Shown here piece by piece: positions 42,406 to 64,000 of a stretch of DNA of 64,000 nt; position 1 is the first letter of the stretch, and every line of letters starts with the position of its first letter. Source of the stretch: Microbotryum violaceum (taxonomy: Eukaryota). Location of the stretch: assembly GCA_001244265.2 (NCBI GenBank), contig CDLV01000005.1:1550001-1614000 (forward strand). Reading direction: 5' to 3'. The notes below the pieces were generated by a model. It had not been told where the DNA came from. It ran no database searches and saw only the letters and a list, made by a program, of their open reading frames with translations. Position numbers and translations under genes: made by a program.

Positions 42406-44691
42406 TGTAAGGCCCGTGCGCCTGGGCCTTAGGAAGAGGGGACGCGCGCCTGGGCACTCTTAGTCTCTCTCCAGCGACTGATACGAGTGTCCAGGTGAGC
42501 ACAAGGTGGATCAGAAGGCATTGTCATACCAGCGACTGATACGAGTGTCCAGTGTCAATTCTACATACTTTGGTCCTGTGATCCTTGTCGTCGTCGCTCA
42601 GGTGTACACTCCAACGGGGTGTATTACACTTTTTTTTCACACCGGTCAAAGACGCACACTGCCACGTGCGCCAGCGACACACCCACGGAACGAACAAACG
42701 ACAACGAACGGTAACAGACGAACATGGCGCGTGGCAAGAACTCCACCGCCCAACCAGCGCCACCATCGGCACCAGAGGAAAGGGAGGACAGCTCGGACGA
42801 TGAACAGGAGGTTGCAACGATGCCAAGGGGCATGAAGCTCAGCGCGCCCAAGCTTGCGAACGGCACGAAACTCACTCTCTCCTCGATCCGCGCATTCCTC
42901 AACGACATGGACAACATGTTCTTCCAGTACCAAGTGAAGAATATGCGACTAAAGATAATGTTCATCGCCAACCACATTGAACACGAGGCGCTCAAGGATT
43001 GGCTGGTGATGGCGACGGAGGAACGCACGTGGGACGAGCTTAAGGTCGCCTTCATCCGCAAGGCACTACCCTTGGATTTCGCCTTCACGACAGAGCAGCG
43101 TATTCGCCACAGCCACCAAGGCAACCACGACTACGCGACGTGGGCTTCGGGACTTCGGGCCTCACAGCTGCAGCTCGGCCAGACCGCCCTCAGCGACATC
43201 GAGTTCATCAAGATCCTACTGTTCAACATGGACCCTCAATTGAGCGTTGTTCTACGACAGAACGACCTTCTGTTGGGTACTGGCCTACACCAAGATGATT
43301 TAGACTACATGGCGGCTTCAAAGGCGGCGCTCCCCAAGCTCAAGACATTATCTTACGAGGTGTTCGAGCGATTGGCAAGATCCCAATGGAATGTGATCAT
43401 AGCGGTTCGTCCTGTAGCAACTCCCGAACGCAAACCTCAACTACGAGCCCAAAGACCAGCTCTGGCCGACCTTTTGTGACCTCGGCGACCACTCGACGCA
43501 GGCCGACGAGACTCACGGACCCGATGAAGGATTATCTCTCGGAGAAGGAGGGATGCTTTAGCTGCAGACGCATCAACACGGATCACCGCGCGAGCGACTG
43601 TACAGCCAACTGGCAGCAGGCACCGGATGTCCCGGAGGGGTGGGCCAAATTCGAAAAGAAGACGGCGAAAGCGGCTAAGAACGACACCCTCCATCAAATT
43701 GCGGAAAACTCAGAAGACGACATCTCAACGGACGAAGAAAACGAATACGCCCCTCAGTTCATCTCCACCATTCCCATCACTCTGCACAACAACACGAAGT
43801 CAAAGACGTTGCAGGCACTTGCTGACTCTGGGGCCTCTTCCTCCTTTATCGCAGATAAGGTGGTTGAGAAACTGGGGTTAGTCATGCATCGTCTCCCTGT
43901 TCCTACATTGGTCAAAACTGCAATCAAAGGCCAAGCACGCGCGTTTCATGTTACCTCGTTTGTAAAGATTCCGATCACGCTCGAGAATGGCGCATGGGAA
44001 GCGGGACACACGATTCTGAAGGTGGCTAAACTGCAGGAGCCCTTGGAAGTGGTACTGGGGTTCAACTTCCTTGTAAAACACAAGGTTACCATCGACTTCG
44101 CGGCACACAAGATCCTGGTGCCACATCCGACCATGCCTGACGTAAAGATCGACCTTCTTGCGCCGGTCTTCGGACCCCACCCCCAGCGAGCCGCGGCGAG
44201 GAATGCCAAACAAAGCGATAAAGCTCGGATCAACTGGCGTGCAGTGATTGCCTACATCGACGGGGTCCAGCAAAGGGAAACGGAGTTGACGGAGTTGCGA
44301 CGGCGGGAGGCAAAGCTACGGGTCGAGTTCGCGGATCGGTTCCCGGGGATATTCCTCCGGTTTCGACGTATGAATCACCGGTCCGACACCGAATCGAGCT
44401 GAAGGACGGAGCAACAAAACCGAACTTGAAGGGTTATCGAGCGGCACACCGTTACCGGGAAGCCTGGAAGCGCCTGATTGATCAGCACGTCGCCAATGGC
44501 CGCCTTCGAAAGTCGTCATCAGAGTTCGCGTCCCCGGCGTTTGTCATCCCAAAGAAAGGTATGGATAAGGACCCGTCAATCCAACCACGCATGGTCTGTG
44601 ACTACCGAGTACTCAACGAAGGGACGGTCCGAGATCGCACACCTCTACCACTTCCGGACGAGATTCTGTCGGTCTGCTCAAACGCGCGATT
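42406..44691 (+). mobile_element. Ty3/Gypsy G2, 5' half (LTR family T 42406-42628, gag, protease, start of RT)
   Basis: LTR TGTAA...TTACA; gag from 42724 with CFSC..H..C knuckle; [12 protein letters not shown] protease; [23 protein letters not shown]; truncated by the Copia LTR at 44692. Confidence 0.9.
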
Positions 44692-49832
<5,141 letters not shown>

Positions 49833-50306
49833 GCGACCCCACCACGCCTTTGTCCCCAGGGACCCCAGCCCTCTTGCGTCTTCAATCAGCGATCAACTTG
49901 CTACCCTGCAGGCCCAGCTCGCCGCTCTGCAGGCCTCGCAGCCCCCTGCCGCCCCGCCTCTGCTGCCGCTGCCTCGCAGCCCACTGCCGCCACCGCCGCC
50001 GCCACCACCGCTTCAAAAGACGTCTTTCCCAAGCACGCTCGCCTAGACGGCTCCAAGTCGTTCACGAACTGGTTACGCCAGCTCCGGCTCACGCTTCCGA
50101 ATCAGATTTGTGGTTACGTCCTTGATGGAGTCGTTACCCCGACATGGATGGCCGACCAGCTGGCCGCTCGTGACGACGCCGCGCAGGAAATTATTGTCGG
50201 CTCGATCGACTCCGCCGACATCTCAGCAACCCTCGACGCCATCCCAAGCGACGACCTGTCGGCGCCACGCATCTTCGCCGCACTCAAGGCTCGTTTCGCA
50301 CCAAAC
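49833..50306 (+). mobile_element. Copia gag fragment related to the C1 gag
   Basis: FPKHARLDGSKSFTNWLRQLRL...LKARFAP matches 45473-45755. Confidence 0.85.
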
Positions 50307-51763
<1,457 letters not shown>

Positions 51764-54700
51764 TGTGAGATCGAATATCTCCTTCATGTCCTTCTTGTAT
51801 CTTGTACCTACCTCAACATCCTCCTCTCTTCGTTTTGATCACTTTTGGCCTACTTTTCACCACCTTAGCTCTCCCACTCTGGGCCTGGTCTCTGCACCTG
51901 GGCCAGGTCCGTGTGCCTGACTTTGGCTGGGCTGACTTGGGCCCAGCCAAATGGCCCCACTCTGGTTTCTCTCCTGCTCAAGCAACTTCTTGGTCTGGTC
52001 TCCCTTGGTCCTTCGATCAGAGACTTACCACCGCTTGAGCAGGCGTGACAACATCACAGGTTATAAGCCCAACCGAGCTACCAGTGCGGCCACCTCCGTG
52101 CCCGCCTGTCGCTCTACTTTTTCACCCTTCGCAACATGTCCGCCGCCGGCGCCTCCGCGCCTGAAGCCAAGCTCCGTGAGCCCACGCCCGATGCGCCGCC
52201 CTTGCGCCCGCCCACCCACTCTGCGGCCTTTGCAACGACCGAGCTGCTTCGCAACTCGTCCGGCTACCGAGACTGGGTCCTCGCCATCCGTTCACGCCTG
52301 CCTCCGGCGTCGTCCGTTACCTCAACACGGGCGTACCACTCGAGTCTTGGCCTGCTTCGTATGTCCCTCTCTGGGACCACTACGCCTGCTCCTCCATTTG
52401 CGCCTCCGTCGATTCGCAAACCGTCCTCCCAGGCCTGTATCACGAAGGACAAAGATAGGAGGGATGAGCCGGACGAAGGGACTCGAGACGAGAGGCGAGG
52501 GACGCGGGACAAGTCGAGAGAGGTTCTAGGGACTTCTCAAGAGAGACGAGGACGAGGGACGAGTGCAAGGATGTGACCTTTGACGAGATTCGAGTTGCAG
52601 AAGGGAAAGAGAGAAGTAGGCTACGGAAAGGGGGAACTAAACCAGAGGAGTCGGGGACGAGGTGGCGAGCTTGAGGAGGCGAGGCACGAGGATCACGTAA
52701 TAGTGTTGAGGCTAAGGATTACGTAATACAGCTTGGCTGATGATTACGTAAGAGTCGGGGGCGAGAGGGTTGTGAAAGTGTAGTTGGAGGAGAAAGAAAG
52801 CAGTGCAGGTGCCGAAGCGGGGAGATGAGGTCCGAGGCACGGGAAGGCCGAGGTCACGTGGATGACGAGAGTGCTGAGAGGCCGAACTCGGAGTGGCGAA
52901 CTTCCATTTGTGACAGTACCCCCGGGTTAAGCGTCGAGCTCCGCGAGATGTTGGATACGGTCGGCGCCAGGCTTGCAAGGTTTCGAGTGATGAAAGTCAA
53001 GAACGAGAGCATCGTCATCATCAAAATCGGAAGCGTCAACCCACTCACGATCCTGAGGTCCATAGCCAGTCCAATCAACGAAGTATTGAAGCGAGCCATG
53101 GCGGACGCGAGAGTCGAGGATCCTTTCGACGACAAAGGCTTCCTGGCCGTCAATGAGATCGGGTGGCGGCGGCACAGGCTGTTGTCGAGACGGCAGAGTG
53201 TTGAGGTGATAAGGTTCGAGAAGCGAGACATGGAAAACAGGATGAATGCGCATCGTCGAAGGGAGATCCAACTCGTAGGCAACGGAATTGATGATGCGCT
53301 TGATAACAAAAGGTCCGAGCTTGTTGGAGTCGAGCTTCGATGAAGGCCGAGTGGTGCGGATGTTGCGTTGGTTCAGCATGACCTTCTGACCGAGCACGAA
53401 AGGGGGCGTAGGAGCACGACGAAGGTTGGCGTAACGAGCATGAGACTCCTGAGAACGACGAATCTGATTTTGTGCAAGTTGTTGAGCATTGCGAAGACCA
53501 GCAAGATGTTGTTGAACGTCTGGAACAGGAGTCTCCTGGAGGGTGACTTCAAGCCTTGGGTGATAACCGCGAGAGGCGAAGAAAGGAGTCATCCCTATGC
53601 TCAAGTGAAAGGAATTGTTGTAAGAGAACTCAGCTAGGGGGAGCAAATCATGCCAATTGTCTTGATGGTAATCGCAGAAGTGGCGTAGGTAGTGGTCGAG
53701 GATTTGATTGGTTCGTTCCGTTTGGCCGTCTGACTCAGGGTGGAACGCGGTAGACAAGTTGGGTCGAATGTCGAGCATCTTGAGGAACTTGGTCCACCAA
53801 GATGAAGTGAAAGTCGTTCCGCGGTCGGATACGATGTCACCAGGTAGGCCATGGAGTCGAAAGATGTGGGTCTTGAATTGCGAGGCAAGAGTTTTCGAAG
53901 TGTCGCTTTTTTGTGCAGGAATGAAGTGAGCTTCCTTGGTAAGGCGATCAACGACAACGAGGACGGAATCGAATCCGAAGGACGGCGGAAGGTCGACAAT
54001 GTGATCCATCGAGAGCGAGGACCAGGGTTTCGTCGGAACCGGGAGCGAATGAAGTGGGCCGTGCTTCCGATGATGGGAGGGCTTGTTGCGCTGACAACTG
54101 TCGCAGGAGCGAACATAGTCATTGACGAAGGTGCGCATCCCAGGCCACACGAAGTTTCGATCAAGCAGCTCAAAGGACTTAGCTTGGCCGAAATGCCCAG
54201 ATAGGGGCGAGTCATGAACTTGATGCAGGAGTTTGACCTTGAGAGGTTCGAAATCGGGGACGTAGATCTTGTGGCGTTGTAGGAGGAAGCCATCTTGAAG
54301 TGCAAAGTCGGGGTGAAGCAAGGCGTCACGATTGAGATTGTTGATGACGCGAAGAGATGCCGGATCATGAAGAAGGCGAGACTTGATCAAGTCAGCGATC
54401 TCTGAGGAGGGTGAAAAGGTGGCGGAGATAGAGGATGGACGTAAAAGCACTACACCGGGTTGTTCACAAGCTTTTCCCCCGCGGCAAAGTCAGGACGCCG
54501 AGAGAGCGCATCGGCCTTGTTGTTTTGAGCGCCGGGTCGGTACTTGATGATGTAGTTGAGGTGGTTGACCGTTTCGGACCAGCGAGCTTGGCGACGAGTG
54601 AGCACTTTGGTCGTCTGGAAGTATTGAAGCGCGTTGTGGTCGGTGAGGATCGTGATTGGGTGGTGAACTCCTTCGAGATAGTGTCGCCAAAGTTTCATGC

Positions 54701-55538
54701 AGGCAACAATGGCGAGGAGTTCCTTGTTGTGGATCTCGTAATTACTTCCTCGGGTTGCAGTAGAGTCGATTGTCAATGAGGCGACGAAGGACTTCTTGTA
54801 CATGAACGACATGGTCGGAAAGCGAATCCAAGAAGATGAGGATGTCGTCGAGGTAAACAAGCACCGTGACGTCGAGGAGGTCGCGGAAGATGCTGTTCAT
54901 CAAGTGTTGAAAGGCAGCAGGGGCGTTAGTGAGACCGAATGGCATGACGAGGCATTCGAAGTGACCGTAGCGTGTGCGAAACGCGGTCTTCCATTCGTCT
55001 CCCCCTTTGATGCGAACGAGGTTGTAGCCGGAGCGCAGATCGAGCTTGGTGAAGATCTTGGCCGAACGAAGTCGGTCAAGCGCCTCCGGATCAAGGGCAA
55101 GGGATATCGATTCTTGAGGGTGACCGCGTTGAGTCCCGGTAATCGACACAGAGGCGAAGCGACCCATCCTTCTTGCGAACAAAGAGAATAGGAGCGCCCG
55201 CTGGCGAAGTCGACGGACGGATGAACCCTTCGAGAGGTTCTCGTCGATCCAAGTCGAGAGTGCCTGAAGCTCCTTTTCGGACAGAGGGTAGAGCGGGCCG
55301 AAAGGAGGTTGCTTGCCGTCTTCTATCTCGATGGCGAGATCGAAGGGTCGATGAGGAGGGAGAATGTCGGCCTGCACTTTGGAGAAAGCCTGGAGAAGGT
55401 GGTGATACTCCGAAGGAAGCGCAGATCGCAAGTCATCGAGGTATTCGGCAGAATCAGGTGGACCCACAGGGAAGACTGACGGGGAGGCTTCCTCTGAGGT
55501 CGAGAACAAGTACGAGTGCGCTGGATCGCGATTGATCA

Positions 55539-56159
<621 letters not shown>

Positions 56160-56660
56160 CTAGTTTTTTGAAATGCTAGAGGGGGCAGCGGCATCTGTGA
56201 TGGAGAAAGTGGCGTTGCCAGCACGACATCCTGGATACTTCCTTGGAGCGGCGGGGCAAGAGCTGACCTGGTGGCCACCTTCGCCGCAGTAAAGGCAGAG
56301 GTTGTTCTTGAGACGTTGTTCGCGTTCTTGAGGGTGAGAGGAGCCCTACGAGTGGTCGTGGCGTCGACGTCCATGGGAGTGGGGCCCTGGGTCGTGCCAT
56401 TCGTGGTGACGCGGGTCGGCAGCGAAGCCGAGTTGCCGCGTTGCTGAGGGTGTTGTGAGTGAGGCTTGGCAGTCGCCTTCGCTTCTTGACGACTTTGATG
56501 AAGACGGTTGTCGGCCCTGATAGCTTTGGCGGAGAGGTCGGCAACCAAGGTAGGGTCGTCTTGGAGGCTGAGCATGTTACGAACGTCGGGCTTGAGGCCG
56601 GCGTAGTACTGGGCCTGCAAAGCGGCATCATTCCAAGCAAGGAAAGCAGAGAGCTGAAAG

Positions 56661-60239
<3,579 letters not shown>

Positions 60240-60268
60240 TCAAGAGAGACGAGGACGAGGGAGGAGTG

Positions 60269-60522
60269 TATTAGGAGCAATATACCGCTGCACCAAAAGG
60301 AGAGGCACCTCTTCTTCAGGGAGCGCATATTGTCCTAGAAGTGAGATGGAGGGAGGTTCAACACCCCCCTGTGCGCGAAGCTGAAGAGCTTGTGGCAGTG
60401 GGTGCGGCTTTGAAGGCAAGTGCGGGGCGCGCACGAAATTTGCCTGACCCAGGGGTGCGGCTTTTTGGAGGCAAGTGCGGGGTGCGCGCAAAATTGCCTG
60501 ACCCCAGGGGGCTTGAACCCAT

Positions 60523-60553
<31 letters not shown>

Positions 60554-60898
60554 TATTCGATCAACTCTACTACGTCAGCGGTGTAGCTATAGCCAAGAGT
60601 GATGAATGCATTTCAACATACCTATTCGATCAACTCTACTACGTCAGCGGTGTAGTTATAGCCAAGAGTGATGAATAGGAAGCTAACAACAAAAGAGCCG
60701 CGCGCGCCAAGTCCTCAGCCAGCGAGCCTCGGGGCTGAGCCAATGGCCCAGGCTCGCTCCGCGCGCCTAAGTCCCAGCCTCGCTCTGTGCGCCTAAGTCC
60801 TGGGCCGGGGCGCCCGGCTCGCTCCGCGCGCCTAAGTCCACGCCCGGTTCGCTCCGCGCGCCTAAGTCCTGAGCCGAGCGGAGAGTGAATTCCTCACA
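60269..60898 (-). mobile_element. 630-bp non-coding mini LTR element with unlike ends, inserted in the G1 5' LTR, TSD GAGTG
   Basis: LTR X 60554-60898, PBS GGTTATGAGCCC, about 190 bp internal sequence with a tandem duplication, PPT CAGGGGGG, 95-bp LTR-like end Z 60269-60363; TSD 60264-60268 / 60899-60903. Confidence 0.85.
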
Positions 60899-61478
60899 GA
60901 GTGCAAGGATGTGACCTTTGACGAGATTCGAGTTGCAGAAGGGAAAGAGAGAAGTAGGCTACGGAAAAGGGGAACTAAACCAGAGGAGTCGGGGACGAGG
61001 TGGCGAGCTTGAGGAGGCGAGGCACGAGGATCACGTAATAGTGTTGAGGCTAAGGATTACGTAATACAGCTTGGCTGATGATTACGTAAGAGTCGGGGGC
61101 GAGAGGGTTGTGAAAGTGTAGTTGGAGGAGAAAGAAAGCAGTGCAGGTGCCGAAGCGGGGAGATGAGGTCCGAGGCGCGGAAGGCCGAGGTCACGCGGAT
61201 GACAAGAGTGCTGAGAGGCCGAACTTGGAGTGGTGAACTTCCATTTGTGACAGCCTGTCACCTTACCTCGACGAACCGCTCGCAGCACCCAAGGTCTGGC
61301 AGGCACTTTGCGAACGCTACGGCACCGTCTCTGCTGTCGATCTGCTACCGGTCATCCAACGCCTCTTCAGCTCTGACCCTGTGCCCGTCACTCCCGACCT
61401 GTTCCTGCAATTCCGCGACAGCTTTGAGAACGACGCCCGGCTGCTGCAGGACTCGCAGGTCACTGTGAACGCTCTTCT

Positions 61479-64000
61479 TGTGAGATCAAATATCTCCTTC
61501 ATGTCCTTCTTGTATCTTGTACCTACCTCAACATCCTCCTCTCTTCGTTTTGATCACTTTTGGCCTACTTTTCACCACCTTAGCTCTCCCACTCTGGGCC
61601 TGGTCTCTGCACCTGGGCCAGGTCCGTGCGCCTGACTTTGGCTGGGCTGACTTGGGCCCAGCCAAATGGCCCCACTCTGGTTTCTCTCCTGCTCAAGCAA
61701 CTTCTTGGTCTGGTCTCCCTTGGTCCTTCGATCAGAGACTTACCACCGCTTGAGCAGGTGTGTAAGAAGCAACTTCTTGGTCTGGTCTCCCTTGGTCCTT
61801 CAATCAGAGACTTACCACCGCTTGAGCAGGCGTGACAACATCACAGGTTATTAGCCCAACCGAGCTACCAGTGCGGCCACCTCCGTGCCCGCCCTTCGCT
61901 CTACTTTTTCACCCTTCGCAACATGTCCGACGCCGGCGCCTCCGCGCCTGAAGCCAAGCTCCGCGAGCCCACCCGATGCGCCGCCCTTGCGCCCGCCCAC
62001 CCACTCTGCGGCCTTCGCAACGACCGAGCTGCTTCGCAACTCGTCCGGCTACCGAGACTGGTCCTCGCCATCCGTTCACGCCTGCCCTCCGGCGTCGTCC
62101 GTTACCTCAACACGGGCGTACCACTCGAGTCTTGGCCTGCTTCGTATGTCCCTCTCTGGGACCACTACGCCTGCTCCTCCATTTGCGCCTCCGTCGATTC
62201 GCAAACCGTCCTCCCGGGCCTGTCACCTTACCTCGACGAATCGCTCGCAGCACCCAAGGTCTGGCAGGCACTTCGCGAACGCTACGGCACCGTCTCTGCT
62301 GTCGATCTGCTACCAGTCATCCAACGCCTCTTCAGCTCCGACCCTGTGCCGTCACTCCCGACCTGTTCCTGCAATTCCACGACAGTTTCGAAAACGACGC
62401 CCGGCTGCTGCAGGACTCGCAGGTCACCGTGAACGCCCTTCTCGCCTCGCACTTGCTTGCTCGCCTTCCTTTGTCCTTCGACGCCTGGCGCACCACCTTC
62501 GTTGCTGACCAGGGCGATTCCACTGCGATGCCCTCCGCCACCGAGATCTTCACGCGCCTTTACCGCGATGTCAAAGCCCGCCCGTCGATACTCCTGTTGC
62601 CGCCGTCGCCACCCGCAGGCCCGCCACGGCTGTTCAAGGCCGTGCCCAAATCCGTCTTGTCGCAAGTTGCACTGGCTCCGGGAATGCCCAACACCGCCTG
62701 GGCCGCCGCCTACCGAGCTCGTCGCACCGCTGAGAAGAAGGCCTCCCAGCCAGTCGCGTCACCAGCCGCAGTGGACACACCCAACTCTGTGTCGTTCACG
62801 GCCTGTCTCCTCGCAACACCTTCGCCATTTCGCAAATCGGCTTGGCTTCTTGACTCGGGCGCTAATCGCCATATGACGAACGACAGGGGCCTTTTCTCCG
62901 AGCTTCACACGGTCGCAGGCCCACGAGTTGGAGGCGTCGCCGGCTCCCTCCCTTCCACCGGCTGCGGCACCATTTGCATCCAGACTTCAACGGGTCCGAT
63001 CACTGTGTCCAATGTCCTCCTGGTACCGGATCTCCCATGCAACCTGCTGTCCGTCTTCCAGTTGGATCAACTTGGCTACCGCGTCTCCTTCGCATCTCGT
63101 TGTGCAAGCATCGCCCGTCCCTCGGGTGCCGTCGTCGCTACCGCTCAAGCCATCGGGAACAACCTGTACGCCTTGGCACTTGGACCTACACCCTGTACGC
63201 CCAAAGCCCTCCTCGCCATCCCTACCAAAGTGTCCTTGCTGACTCTGCACCGTCGCCTTGCGCACTTGCCCGTTGCGCAAATCAAAAACATTGTGCAGAA
63301 AGGCTTGGTTACTGGGGTGGATTGGGTGTATAAGGATCAGGAGCTCCGGGATTTTTACTGCAATGCTTGTCTCGCTTCCAAAGCGCATGCCCTCCCCTTT
63401 GCCCGGTCCAAGTCCATTGCCTCTGGCCGCCTGGATCTCCTCCATGTCAATGTAGCGCAAATGCCTCGCCCTACATTTGGTGGACATCGGTACATGCTGG
63501 TCATCATTGATGACTTCTCTCGCAAGCACTGGTGTATCCTCCTGGCACTCAAAAGTGACGTCTTCCCTTGCCTTCGCGACTGGATCCTTGAAGTCGAGAA
63601 TGCCACCGGCAACAAGGTGAAGACCATCCGCTCTGACAATGGAGGCGAGTTCACTCTGCGCAACTTTGTCGACTTCTGTACAAGCAAAGGCATTCGTCGG
63701 GAACTCACTATCCCTTACACACCCCAACAAAATGGGCGTGTCGAGCGCAGCAATCGCACCATCAAGGAGGGCATCCTTGCTCTGCTCTACTCCTCTGGCG
63801 CTGATTCACGCCTCTGGGGTGAGGCTGCCTTGTACTAGGTGCACTGCAAAAACCTGATGCCTCACGCCGGCATTGGTGGTGAGATCCCCGACACCCGTTG
63901 GCACGGCTTTGCGCCTGATATCTCCACCCTTCGCGCATTTGGCTGCCGCGCTTGGCACCACCTTCCCTCGGCCAAGCGCACGGACCTCGACCCCAAGGCT
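61479..64000 (+). mobile_element. Copia C2 copy 3 (LTR W4 61479-61845, PBS, gag-PR-IN), continues beyond the window
   Basis: [57 protein letters not shown]; frameshifts and a stop at 63836. Confidence 0.93.

Overview
Eukaryotic, intron-rich, GC-rich fungal DNA. It is most likely a Pucciniomycotina basidiomycete such as Microbotryum; this is inferred from gene structure, the TE content and TpCpG-biased mutation. The window has three zones. (1) 1-9 kb: a degenerate KDZ DNA transposon, a truncated Ty3/Gypsy chromovirus and a LINE fragment. (2) 9.2-39.3 kb: a compact block of 16 host genes with no recognisable TEs (LIM/paxillin-like, CDC37, APH-like kinase, PRE8, FYV4, AKTIP-like, YVH1, SEC2, NDUFA12, MED31, HEM15, RHB1, NIP7, PRE5 and two unknowns). 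(3) 39.5-64 kb: a multi-level nest of Ty1/Copia and Ty3/Gypsy elements with readable TSDs. The main observation is that six different LTR families share one architecture: pyrimidine tract, repeat copy 1, then a 58-79 nt GT...AG intron-like unit whose 3' part is repeat copy 2. In one family the G of the acceptor AG is demonstrably the first base of the PBS, and LTR copies differ by exact integer numbers of these units. This suggests LTR introns that are spliced from the 5' end of the RNA yet regenerated during reverse transcription (hypothesis). LTR family letters (S-Z, G1-G3, C1-C2) are my own labels. Coordinates were counted by hand.
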